Shown here: piece after piece, positions 43,033 to 56,154 of the stretch
Layout of the letters: every line of letters starts with the position of its first letter
How positions within the stretch are numbered: the stretch's first letter is position 1
NCBI GenBank assembly: GCA_043228905.1
Contig: JBHGNT010000018.1
Location: forward strand, 5,146,001-5,210,000
From: Azolla caroliniana
Taxonomy: Eukaryota; Plantae; Polypodiophyta
Length of the DNA stretch: 64,000 nucleotides
Direction of reading: 5' to 3'
Notes under the pieces: generated by a model
Told to the model about the DNA's origin: nothing
Database searches by the model: none
Seen by the model: only the letters and a program-made list of their open reading frames with translations
Made by a program: the position numbers and the translations under genes

Positions 43033-44227
43033 CCTCTTCCTATCAAACATTTGAACCTTAATGGGAGCCCACCAATCATGACTTTCCATATGAATGAATA
43101 ATACCTTTGCATGAAATGACAAATGAGAATACTAAACACGTTGTAATATTTTCCCACCACCTTGCATTCAATTTACATACATTCCACACCTTTTCTACTT
43201 TAATAGATAGCCAAGATAAATAATGATACAATATAATTGTAATGACTTTTGTAACAAGTGTGTAGCATCCTATAATCGCCAATCCACCCAAGGTACAACA
43301 TTTGTTTCCAATGGCGAAGATCCATGCAACAATGGACATTCTTGTAGTTTTTTCCAAATAAAAGCTTGGTTCTACCCACTAAATCAATAAAAACCCACCC
43401 TGAGGCAACTGCCACACCTTTATTGATCTCATAATTTGGGGCAATACCTAATCATTGTTTGGAATCTTCAAATTTGTGACAACCTTTGAGATTCACTATC
43501 TACCACACTTACCAAATGTACAACCCCCAATTGAAAAAAATGATTGAATTGAGATCTCAACTTCTCGTTTCCATGCCAATACTACAGTAAAGAAGAAATG
43601 AGCAATTCAATTTGTAACAAATTACAAAATTCTCAATCACTTGATGATGGTGCCCACTCAAAAAAAGATATATGCATATTGCCATTACATAACCAAATGT
43701 TGTTTGTATATAGAATGTTGAATCTTTAGTGGAATAATCCATTTAGATTATGGCCACCACAATGCTTGAATGTTTGTTTTCTCGTGCACCAAACCTTCAT
43801 GCTTGATAAAATATTGCATCACCGGTATCCATGGTTGATCTTGTTCACGCATATCTCGCAATAATGCAAATCTACGAGCCATCAAATGCATTTCCAGTTC
43901 CAATATCGCCACACCACATAACCATTAGGGAGTAGCCAAATGGTCCCATGTAACTCCCATCATTTCTCCCTTCCGCCACATCATTGAACCAAAGAGGTTG
44001 TAACAATATTTATAATGCTTTCTCGCCACTACCACCACATACAGAGAGGGCACACATAGAAGGGTCCTGGAAACCGAATTAAGCCCAAGCAGACAGAAAG
44101 GATCGCTCACATGAAGGGATCGCTCCTCTCAGCAAGATGAGTACCCCCCAAGGATTAGCTGCGAGAAGAACGAGAATGCAAACCGGCTTGATTCGCTGAC
44201 AAGTAAAAAAAAAAAAAAGGCCATCAA

Positions 44228-44418
44228 TAGGGATCACGCGGGCTCTGAGTTGGGAGACACCCGAAGGGACGGAAATACATGCGGTACGTATACGGTACGG
44301 GTACATTATCGAGACGAGCCGAGGCCCGAGACTCGGAATCTTCTGAGTATCCAGATGGGCGGTTCGGCCCGGCCGCCCGCGGGGGAACACTCCACATGAG
44401 TAGAGTCCATGATCCCAA
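44228..44418. mobile_element. Degenerate GC-rich hAT-like MITE in a promoter
   Basis: Termini TAGGGATCAC..GGGCTCT / AGAGTCCATGATCCCAA are inverted. No clear TSD. Confidence 0.4.
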
Positions 44419-44539
44419 CACATACATACATACACTTCTAGTTCTTCTTCTTTCTTTCTTCTTCATCTTCTTCTTCATTCTTTCTTCTTTCTGGTTCTCT
44501 CCTACACATGACCCAAATTTAGATAAGACTCTGACGACA

Positions 44540-47500
44540 ATGTCTGAGATGGCTTGTTTTGCCTCTTCCATCGAGCTCTTCTTCAGAGCATCTTCTGCCC
44601 ACCCTCTCACTCATCCTCATCCTCATCTTCTTCTTCTTCATCGCCACAGGCTCAAATCCCTGCAACCGCCCCACCTCACACCTTCTCATCATCATAACAA
44701 GGCCATTCTCGCTCTCGCTTCTGTCAATGGTCGACCTTCGTCTCTGGGTAGAAGCAATAACAGGAACAACAGAAGTAAATCGGTCGCGAAGAAGAAAGAG
44801 AAGGATATAGCGAACCCGTGGAATGATGATGTGAATGCTGTTGATCAGACTCATAGAAGCTCAACATTGAACAAGAAATCAGCAAGCAATTCGGCTTCTT
44901 CGTCAAAGAAACAGAAGAATCAGAGAGGAGGTTCTACGGGGAGACGGAATGTCGAAGAAGATTCTGAGCCGAGAAAGAATCTCGAAGAAGATTCCGACCC
45001 AAGAAAGAATCTCCAAGAAGATTCCCAGATTCTTGTTTCGGGTAGTATGCCAGTGGAAACTGAGCAAGTTTTGCAGACACAGGTATGTCGATTAATATTT
45101 TTGCAATGTGCGTTTTCCCATTATAAACTTCCTCAAATTTAGATAAATTTAACCTGGAAAATCTATGTGCGTTGGTTGGTACAAAAGCGTGTGCCTAGCT
45201 ATGATAAAATACATCGAATGTATATACATTTAATAGTTTTTTTCTTTGGTTTCTGCAAGGATATATTTAAATATGACAAATACCTCAAAGTTTTAGGAAT
45301 TTAATTTAGATGTTTTTTATATTTCCATTTAAGCAAAAGGTTATGCTTGGATATGAGAGAATACCGCAAATTTATAGGAATGTGTGGATAAAAAAGGTAT
45401 GTTTGGGTATCAGAAAAAAGCACAATTTAATTTTACAGGAATAGAAGAGTAATTTTGGCAATGAAAAAATACCACAAATTATGTAACAATTTTGTAGGAG
45501 AGTTTATATTTTTTCAGTTGGATGAAAGGGTATGTTTTGTTATGATAGAATGCCACATATTTAATCTGGGAATGTAGTAGGACTGTTTTTGCATATTTCT
45601 GTTGGAAGAAAATGTATACTGCCTACGAAAAAATACCTTAAATTTAATAATGAGAATGTAGAACCTAAATTATGTATTTTGATGGAATGAAAAGTGCCTT
45701 AGGCTAACCAAAAATTGCAAATATGGGGTTGAATTTCTATTGGAACAAACTTATGTTTGGCTATGACAAAACATGTAAAAGATTGGAATCTAATAGAATG
45801 ACTGAATCTCGTATTCATGAATGAAATAATAGGAGTTCTCATGAAATACCACACATTTGTAGAATTTAACACAAAATTTCTATATTTCGTCAGAATAAAA
45901 GGTATATTTGGGAAATTATCAATTGCATAATGGGAAATCCCTAGAAAATACTCAAATTTATAGGAATTTAGTATGAAATGTATATATTTCTGTCCATAAA
46001 TATCTCCAACCTATCCTGTGCCACTGGACAGTAGAATATAATGGTGTAGATTTCACTCGCTGGCTAAAGTTTTTCAACTATACTGAAGTGATTCTTTTGC
46101 GGGCTAGCGGCAAATTTGTATTGATACAATTTTATGGCTGTTCTCCAGTGATGTGGGCTGAATCAAGGTTGATAATGCTAGATTAAATGTTTGGCCTTGA
46201 GATGAAAAGTTTGTTTTGCACACTTATTAGCCCATCTAAGATAATTCCATCGAATTACAAAATCCATGTTACACATCACTATTTGATTTGACTGTTTTAT
46301 GAAGAGTTTGGCATGAATAAGACGCCTAAGGTACTTTCTATCAGCTGCTAAATCCATGTAATACATCATTTATATTGATTTGAGTTTTGCGAGAGGAGTT
46401 TGACATGTGCATATATGACATTCATAAGGTGCTTCTGTCAAGTTGCGAAAATTATGTTTGAGCTTTTCAAGAAATGTTTGCATATGCACATATAGGGTTT
46501 ACTTTATTTGAGTTTTTAAATCCATGTGAGACAATATATTTTGATTTGACTTTATCAGGAACCGGCATCAACTCCATCATGGCATACATTTGTTAGTAGT
46601 CTCTCTGGGGTATGGAGAGGAGTTGGTGCTGCATTTTCTCCCATGACTGCTGAAATGGAAGCTATTGCCCTTGGAGATAATGAAGAGATGCTTTATGATT
46701 GCCGCATTCATAGCACCGTTGAACAAATTCAAGGGAAAGGATCTCAGGATTGTATCCACAGAAAGACTATTTGGGCTGTTGGAAATCCGTTAGGCGAACA
46801 GAGTAGAGGCAAAGCTAAAATGCAAGAAATGATGCCACAGGAGGATATAAATGAAGATTATATTGATAATCAGTATGACATTGAATCAGATCTTGAGCTA
46901 TCAGATGATATTATAGTGGAAGAAGTTGATACAAGCTTTCAATTGATTACTGATTCACATGAGGGAGTAATGGGAGATGTTGTCAATTGGGATAATGAGT
47001 TATATGATGATATTATATTGAAAGAAGAACCTGATGCAGATGGTAAGTTACTAAGTGACTCTGATAAGGGAATAACAACAGATTTGGAGAGGAAAGATTT
47101 GACATATGATATGGTTATGGAGGAGGATGTTCTTGAGTTAGAACCTGGTCTTGTCCTTTTTGAGGTAGGATGGAAGTTTTAAAATTTTCTTGTTTGAACG
47201 TATATGTGTCAATATTAATGATTTGTTCAGATTACAGATACATTTTCTGAGTGCCAGTTCAAGTGTTTTGAGTTGATTTACTACTACTTTGTTTCACAGG
47301 ATGGTTCTTACTCCAGGGGTCCAGTAGAATTGCTAACTGCAGAAAGTAGTGGTGGCGAGCATACATACAAAATTGAGCAAGTATGCTGTTTGAAAGATTC
47401 TCAAAGCTAGCTCTTTAAGCAATGTTTGTTCTTTGTCATGTAGGAATGTTTATTGACATCTCTTAAACTGTATGAAAATATAGTGTGTTGTAAGAGGTGG

Positions 47501-48536
47501 CCATTCCAGGCTTCGATTAGTCCATACTCTTGCAATTGAGGAAGAAGAAGAGACAGTTCAGCTACTTCGGGTTGCTGTTTATGAGGAAGAGTGGATGGGC
47601 CCTAGGAATATGAAATCCATCAGGTACAAATGAATATTTATAAAGGGGAAAAATAGAACGAATTTGCTCAAACGATTTGAAAAAAAAGAACACCTCTCTC
47701 TCTCTCTCTCCATCAGGGCAATCTTCCTATTTTTAGGGCAGTCACATTAGGTGGTATGTAGTTAACCTTTTTAGTGAAAAAAGTAGGAATATCTAGATAT
47801 TTCTTTTATTATTATTTTGTTCTTGTTTGACTATCCTTGAAATTATTTATACCTTTTTCTCTCCTTTTCCACACCCATTAATGGCTTGTTCCTTCTCTCT
47901 CTCTCTGTCACGCATGCAATAACTTTGGTTCTTCATCAATCTCCATACCTCTTATCTCTGTCTCAAATTTGCAAAGAAGCGGCAAATGCATCACATTGTG
48001 CTTTTGCACATAACATTCTTGTTTTTTTTTTTCTTTCTGTGATTCAGGTACCCAGCACTTCAAGCTAACTTTTTATGGTTTTTTCTTCTCTCAGTGATTC
48101 AGGTGGTCATCATTTGAAGCTGTTTTCACAAAAGCCTCGGTTGCAGCAACAAGATCTTGTTGGGACATGGAAAGTTTTCGAACTGAGTGCAACTCCAGTC
48201 TTTCCTGACAACCAAGAGGAAAGTGGATCAACTGATAGACCTCCTTTCATTTACATGACGATGGAAACCCTGAAGAGACGAACACTGCCCGAGATACCGA
48301 TTCATTTTGTAGATGAAGATATTCTGGACATGCAAGATGTGACTATGATGTGGCTTCCCGGTGGCATCAATGCGTATGTGGAAATAAAGGGTGATGGCAT
48401 ATTCACAATTGGTGTCGGATGGTATGAAGATGGAGTCAACCTTGTCATGGAGAGGGATTACACGTCTGATGGAAAACTTTCTGATGTCCGAAGTAAAACT
48501 GAAATCAAAGGAGGATGGATAGGCGGTCGTATGTGA
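44540..48536 (+). CDS. Conserved plant protein of unknown function, plastid-targeted (possibly DUF3598/calycin-like beta-barrels), 5 exons
   Basis: Exons 44540-45082, 46559-47164, 47300-47380, 47484-47623, 48095-48536, all GT-AG and in frame. Transit-peptide-like N-terminus. Two barrel-like starts (SGVWRGVG, LVGTWKVFE) plus FEDGSYSRGP and WLPGG. The family assignment is from memory and unverified. Confidence 0.82.
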
Positions 48537-51419
48537 CATGCATCAATGATTTCCAAAAGCTTCTAAATTAAGAACCATATTTTTTTCTTTCCTAGTAATA
48601 TGGCAAGGAAGGGTTGGGTTATGGCTTGGCCTCCCAACTGATGGCTAAGGTAAAGGCCCAAGTTGATTTTGACTGGTGGACAAGTGGATCTAAGTTTTCA
48701 CCAAGGAATATGTTGGTAGTTTCACATGTTACAATCCTTAGGATGATTGTTTGCGTATTGTGTGTACATAGAGATAAGGCCACAATAGGTATCTGAAGAA
48801 GCACAAGAAAGGTGCGAGTTGAGGGGTCATTTACAGCTGCAACTTTTTAGTTTGCTATTGCTTATTTAAAGCAACATGTATTATAACAATATTTCAACTT
48901 CATTCTTACATTTTCTCTTAATGCATCTTCCCTAATGAGTTATGATCCTCTATAGATTTAAGGTAAAGGGTGCCTTTTATAGTCCTGTACCTTGTTATTT
49001 GAGGATGTTGTATAACATGGTTTGCGCTTAAAATTTCTTTCCATGCATAGATTGTTCAATAAACTTTGCATGGAATTGTGATCAAATGTTTAGTTTTTGG
49101 GTTTCTTGGATAAGGTATCCTCATGTCTTTTAGCTCAAAATAAACTACTTATTGCCTTGTTTATCCCGTAAAGCAAGAAATTTAGAAAGATCCCAAGATA
49201 AAATGGTAAAACTATTGAAAGTCACAAGGTAATTTGTAAAAGGACCTTGCTTTTGTGTCCACTTAAATACTCTGCCTCATAGCTCACTCATGGTTTGTAA
49301 ACTATAATGGATGAGGAAGAATCTTGATAATAGACACGTATGAACTTGGACAGCAAACAATGTCAAATGGATAGATATGCATGGTTGGTGGTGATATTCG
49401 TGTGAGATCAGGCTGATGTCAATATTCATATGAGAGCAAGATCGCTTCTCTTGCTAGATATTTGTTACATAGGCCACATTGTGCATGCTTGAGTATTGTC
49501 AAGACTACTATCCAAACATTATATGCCTACATAGTCAAGTCTTAAAGATGTAAAAGTAATTTGACAATAGACCTTGTCTTTGCTATCACATGTTCAATTG
49601 GTGGATCTTCATTTTGGTAATAGAAGTTTGCTATACATAAAGAACTTTGTTTTTTCGAGGATTGAACCAATTTGAAAAGGGTGGGCATGCATATTAGGCT
49701 ATTTGTAAGGAGGATTGAACCAGAAATTTGTTACTATTTAGATTTTTCATCATGCATATTAGGCTATTTGCAAGACCAATACCTGAGCTTTCAAATACGA
49801 TACATTGTCTTGCTTCAACTAGTCCAAATGGTGTATATTCATTTTCGAATTAGACTAGTATATCCAAATTATTAGTTTAGGGAGGATTCATCCCATTAGA
49901 GAAGGGTGGATGTTCATGTGAGATAACAATTGCTTTGATTGCTAGAATTTTGTTTCTGTTTAGCTTTCAATCATGGAAGCCAGGAATCCCCAAAGGGAGA
50001 CTTTACCTTATATCTTTAGTTTACAACTCTTCCCAAACTTTTAAGGACTGGTGATAGCATCAGAGTACAAATGTTTTTACAAGGAGAATTGAAATCAGGT
50101 GGAGATATGTTGTTACTGTATGTGAATGCAACCTTCCAACATTTGTTTAAGGAATCACCTATAAATATGTTTAAACAAGATTTACAATTCTCATGCTTTA
50201 CCAAAACCATAGTTCAAAGCTCGCTGTTTCACTCTAGCTAGAATCAATCTTCAAAAGATTATATAACTTACCAGCCTGTGTGTTAGTTAATAACTGAGCA
50301 ATCAAAGAAGCAAATCTCAATAAAGGACACTTTATGAGCAATAAGAACATTGGTAGCAGTTGGCCACGATATACAGGCAAAGACAATAAACAAAGTTGTG
50401 AGCAAACAACAATCTAGATGCAAATCATAATGAAAAGATTAAACTTGCTTTGGGAGTCATGAAAACCTAAAAAGAATCTATTAGAGGCTCTAATATAAAT
50501 TATACAGAATATTTTACACCATTGTGTAGACATTCCTTCAATTAATTTCTTAGTGTGTATACATAAAACGTATAAATGGAAGAAACACAAATAAATTCAC
50601 ATGCATACCTAGTTCGCTTGATAGAAATGAATTTCAGATTAGTTGTGTCGACACTATATATGATTGCACCACATTTACATTAGGGTCGTGTTTGGATTAA
50701 TGATATGATGAATCCATTGAAGAACATCAATCCACTACTATGAATGCACAAAATATGGATCTTCAAAATATTCAGCAGGTAGATGCCTTTCTTTTTACCC
50801 CACCTGGTTAACTTGAACGAGGTTTTTGGCCAAAACTTAACAGAACTAAACCAGAGAAAGAGCAGAACTTCTCTCAAAAACTTTGCCAATGAAATGGCCA
50901 GTTCAAAGGCAGAAGATCAGTACATCTTCTGTTTAAGAGTAAAGTTCTACCATGCAAGTAACAAATCATGTGCCTTTTGCATATTGACAAAGAATATACT
51001 AACACCCTAGAATATAAATCATTATTCCTCAGACAGATATACCAGATAGATTTGCAGATAGAAGTGCCATATTAAGGTTTGTAACAGCAGTGTCCACAAA
51101 AAAATGCACCTAATTTCATTGGCATAGCATCAGTATAACCTTAGCAATCTCAACAGACTTACCTGAGGTTCAGAGATCAAGTGTGAACCATCCTTTGCTA
51201 TGCCAGATACTACAAAAGTTATTTGTTAACAAGGTTTAGTAGGATACCAAAGTTATCCAAGGGAAGTCTATTTGATTCATGAGTAATCATTATATCATTC
51301 TAACCTAGCATTTGTTCGACTAACCACTGGAAACAAGAATCAAATCATACGAGCACACTTACCAATCAACCTTTAACAAACTTGTTAAAAAAAGTATGTA
51401 CCAATGTTTACCACTGAAA

Positions 51420-54013
51420 TTAAGAGTTATAACGTGGGACAGCCATTGGTGTCGTCCCAGAATATCCATTAGATGAACTCTGTTGACCATAACCATACCC
51501 TGCCGTAGGTTGCCCTGATGGGGCCATAGGCCTGAAAGGTTGTTGAGGTGAATATTGCGTAGGAGGACCTGGTGGCGCTGAAGAAGCATTAGGATATGGG
51601 CCATTAGAAGGAGCACCACCTGATGAGGACTGAACATTGCTCGGGGGAAAGGTTCTCATATCTGATGCCCCTGGTGGCATTAGTGTTTGTGGTCGAGGAA
51701 ACCCGTTGGCATCAGCTGTAGGTGGTCTTACACCAGGTGGAGCCATATAACCTACATGAAGAAGACCGTACCAAGATTAAAAATAACCTATGTTAAGAGA
51801 TCAGACTTTTTTCTCTATATTTATATCTTGAGGTTAGCATATATTCCATATGCCATACTAATAGTAATATATGTTTAGAGATCAGAGTTTTTGACACATA
51901 CTCTTCTTGAGGTCAACATATACTTTAAAGTTTAAACATGATACCAAGCACACCTACAATCCCTTTATGTTATCCAGCATTATAATGTGCGGCCTTACCT
52001 TGGTAAATAAAAATTTGTGTACATTCTGAAAATGATTTTTATCACCAACTCAGAAATGGATATCTCTGTATGTACATCCTTAGCTATTAATAACCCTAAA
52101 GGTAGATAGATTCACCCAAGTCTTAAACCTATATATATGACTTGCGTGTGAAATACACTTTGGGACTTGTGGAGCTTTCTCTCATACTTCTCTATTCCAG
52201 ATAGCTCTGAAAGGATGTGAGAGTTATCTGGAATAAATGAGGTATCAGATTCATCTATTTAAATTATAACAATCAGCCATCACATTTGAGAGATGAAAGG
52301 TTACTGACCATCCTAACCAAAAGGTAAACTGGGGGTTTTGCTCTACAAGGAATCCAGACTTTTGAATTTAAACATACTTGCTCTTTGGCTATATGTCAAT
52401 CTATACCTCACTCGGTGTCTATGTGTGTCCCTATCTCAAGTTAGCAGTATGGGATAGAATAAACTGATGTACCCTTACTATTTGGCTATGATACCAAAGA
52501 CCAAGCCATAATTGAACCACCATAAAGATTAATAACAAACACAAGTAAGAGGCAGAAACCTGAAGAAGGAACGGCTGGCCGGGGAAGAACAAGAGGTCGC
52601 ACAGGTAATGGTAGCGGAATCGGAGGTCTATATTGTCCTCCAAAAGCAGTGAGATGCTGATGAAATGCAGCACCTACTTGCGGATAGCCAGCTTGGCCTA
52701 GATGCTCTTTCACCTTCTGATCAATCAAACTTTGAGTCTGTTGCTCTTCGAACTGCTGGTAGTAAGTGCGAACATTTGCCTGGTATATATGCATAGAGCA
52801 CACATTTAAGTAGACAAACAGGAAAAAGATGAGTTTAATCATTCTGTTTTGGCTACAGACTTCTGATATATAAATATCTCCATAGACTTTGAAACATAAT
52901 GGACATAAACTGGAACAGAAAGAATTTTACTTGGTGTAAAAAGAACAGAAACAATTAACATTTTTGAAAATAAAAACAAAAATAATTTAAGGTCATACTG
53001 CATGTATCTAATATTTAACAAAAGATTGGCCTCAAGATTCTTTCAACATGAGATCGGCCTAGAATAGGCTTATGTTGTGCTTCTATGCTAAACCCTAGAC
53101 ATAATAAAAATCCTTGTACTTATATAACCATGCATTTACTGATATGTGCATCCCGCTACGTATGTACTCTCAACATTGGATTGACCTTAAAAATAATTCT
53201 ATATGCATGCTTTAGAATCATAGATAACAATCGTTTTGCAGCCTGTATATATTCCTCATATGTAAGAGTCAACAGAGGTCTGTTCAACACAACAACGTAA
53301 TGTCATCCTTGGACTTATCTACAGGTAAATTAACACAAATGAACATTTCCATTTAAGGTTAAAAATAGAAAGTCAAGACAAAATTGTGTATATTTGTTAT
53401 ATGCAAAGCTCTTAATAGATCTGTTCAACATGATATTGGACTAAAACCAGTTTATTATGTGTTCATATCCAGGTATAAGGAAGAAGGGCCTAAACAAAGG
53501 TTTTTAAAACATAAATTCGAGAGTTAATCGAGCATTTTTTTTATATATGAAGCTTTCCATTTATCCTACATAAGACAAGCCTACAAATAGTCTACTGTAT
53601 GTTTAGCATAGATATGGATCTTACCTTGTGTTTATATCCTGAGTTGTGCTGCTTTCTTACGGAAGGCTGGAAAAAATACAAACAGAAAAAGAGCAATAAT
53701 TTAGTTGCTTCGAACATAGAACAAACAAAAGCTGAACAATCATCAGATAAAATAAAGACAATGAGGGAATGACGGCTTACAGAATCGTGTGTCAAATAAG
53801 TGTCGCAGTAATCACAGTAATACCTGCGAGAAGGAAAAAGAGAAATTTAGCACAATCAGGGGAAGAAGGAGGAGGAGAAATCAAAGATAACGAAAATGTG
53901 GAGAGGGAGTTTCAAAAGCAGTCAGAAGACGAGATCTAACACGGTGATGGAAGGAGGAGGAGACAGGAAGCAGTAGTTTTATGTGAAGAAAATCATTCAC
54001 GATACCTAGGCAT
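51420..54013 (-). CDS. U1C: U1 small nuclear ribonucleoprotein C (U1-C), 5 exons
   Basis: Exons (minus): 54013-54006, 53823-53781, 53666-53625, 52779-52560, 51751-51420. They give [52 protein letters not shown] (matrin-type Zn finger) plus a Pro-rich tail. Confidence 0.97.
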
Positions 54014-54878
54014 GGCGGAAATGTGTGCAGGGAAGGGATCACAGCAGTTAGTTCGTTTCCTGTCTTCTCTCTCTGTCTCTCTGTCTGTGAGCGCGTGCGT
54101 CTCAGACGGAATGCTAGGGTTTGCAGGTAATGAAGAAAGAAAGAAGAAATTGCTTATTTGTTTATTTTATCTTTTTATTGAAATATTTATTTTGTTTATT
54201 TTTTATATTATTAGCCATGATTTATTTATATTCCCGAAATGCCCCTGCCACCACCACCAATCCCCAAGGAGGGCCATGGATAATATGTACATACATATAT
54301 GGCCAACCCCTTGGCCCCTCCTCTATTTACTTATTACTACTACGTAGACACGCACCACACACTCTTCGTGATGTTTGTTGCTCGTGTGCACGTGACCTCG
54401 GCCAAGCTATCATCGGTCATTGATCAATGGATACTCATACAAGCGAGCTGAGGAAGGGGGATGGATAGAGATAGATTCAATGCCTTCTTTAAACATCCAT
54501 GGAAGTCTGATTGCGATCAGTGAGATGGGACCTAGCCCCTGTCATGGATCGAACTTGATAGACAGATAGATCGATTGATTCGGAGGTCGAATCTGACATA
54601 TGAGACCAAAAATCTTGTAGTCCATGTAGTACATGAGAAAGTGAGTTAGCGACTCTCGATATCCAGGAACTTAACCAATGAATGTTGCAATGTTGAGGGG
54701 TGCAAATTGTGACTTTGCACGTGTCCGTGTGAAGTCGAGGTGACAAGAACTTGGGAAAAAAACTTAAGGATCCTAAAAATTTTATCATGCATTTTGGTTT
54801 TGAACCAAAGCTTTTGTTCGATTTAAGGTCCTATTGTTCCGTGCACAACGTGAGAAAAAAGTGAGGGAGAGAGCCCAA

Positions 54879-54951
54879 ATGGATGTAGCTCAGTTGGTAA
54901 GGTTGCCCAATGGAGACTAGGTAGTCATGGGTTCAACTCCTACATTCCACA
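54879..54951 (+). other. tRNA-derived SINE head or tRNA pseudogene
   Basis: A box TAGCTCAGTTGG (54886-54897) and B box GGTTCAACTCC (54930-54940) at tRNA spacing. Anticodon arm does not pair well. Confidence 0.6.
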
Positions 54952-55143
54952 GTGGCATCTAATGAATTAAGAGATATGTGTGTAGAAGTATCTAATAGAG
55001 AGGCGAGAATATTGGGTTCTTTGTTCACAACTTACCACTAAGGTAACCTAATTATGATAAAGAGAGAGAGAGATGTTAAACATAACGTATAGATAGAGAA
55101 TTGAGCTTAGCGAGATCACGTCACCCTATCCACGACTGGTCTC

Positions 55144-55399
55144 TTCGTATATCTGCTCTCGCTCCACAAAATGTCCGAGCCCACGTAAATCCATCGTGTA
55201 TTTGTCCCTTTACGGAATGTTGTGAAGCTTTTTTTGTACATACATACTAGTTTTATTCGTAAACCTTGTCTTTGTATATCTGCTCTCGCTCCACGAAATG
55301 TCCGAGCCCACATAAATCCACTATGTATTTGTCCCTTTACGGAATGTTATCAAGCTTTTTTTGTACATACATACTAGTTTTATTCGTAAACCTTGTCTT
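55144..55399. repeat. 2 x ~127-bp tandem duplication in the U1-C/CRM divergent intergenic region
   Basis: GTATATCTGCTCTCGCTCCAC.AAATGTCCGAGCCCAC...AAACCTTGTCTT twice. Confidence 0.9.
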
Positions 55400-55705
55400 G
55401 GTGTATGATGTATCTTACATTTGTTAGGGGTTTAGGGTTTAGGGCCATTGTTGTTGTGCTTTTTGTCCAAATTACTTTGCAGCTTGTGAGAAGATATATA
55501 TACCATAGCTTGCTCTAATTCTCCTCCTTCCTCTGTTTCTCTCTGTCTCTCTGTCTCTCTGTCAGATACCAAGAAAACAAGAAGAAAAAGAGAGTCTGAC
55601 GAAGGAGACGAGAGGAGCACTCACTCACTCACGCAACGACAGTCTGATCGGCAACAGAGAGTACCATCGATATATATATATATATATAAGAAGGCAGCCA
55701 TAGCC

Positions 55706-56099
55706 ATGGCTGCAAGTCTGTGGCGTAGGAGCTCGCTCCTTCATCCGTTGCACCACCGGCGCGCCTCCTGCTCCTCCTCTCTTCTTCTTCTTCCTCCTCC
55801 TCCTCTCACCGCCCGACGTGACGTAGCTGCCCAGAGGTTAGTTTTGGGTCAAAAAAAAAACAGAAATAATACTTCAGTGTGAGGGAGGGAGAGTATATAA
55901 GTTTCAGAGTTGTCAGCATGATAGCTTCTTTTCTCCTGTGCCGTCGGATGAGTACAAAGAAACTGTATGTTAAGTTATGCAATGAGAAGATATGGCAAAG
56001 TCTACAATAGAACAAAATGGCTGGCTCATCCACGAGAAGAATGAACATACATTATATGCACACATGTACATAAATGCATCCATCCATACATACATACAT

Positions 56100-56154
<55 letters not shown>

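Noticed and set aside
44205-44400. Pol III ncRNA (7SL or telomerase RNA) on the minus strand ending at the T14 tract
   Set aside because: No USE/TATA upstream and no recognisable SRP or telomere template motif; inverted termini fit a MITE better.
44279-44539. Upstream extension of the 44279-45142 ORF
   Set aside because: Runs through a MITE-like element and (CTT)n leader; the transit peptide starts at 44540.
50272-50275. 4-nt micro-exon (AG-GCTG-GTAAGT) downstream of U1-C
   Set aside because: The CTAAC branch-like motif is too close to the AG; cannot be supported without reads.
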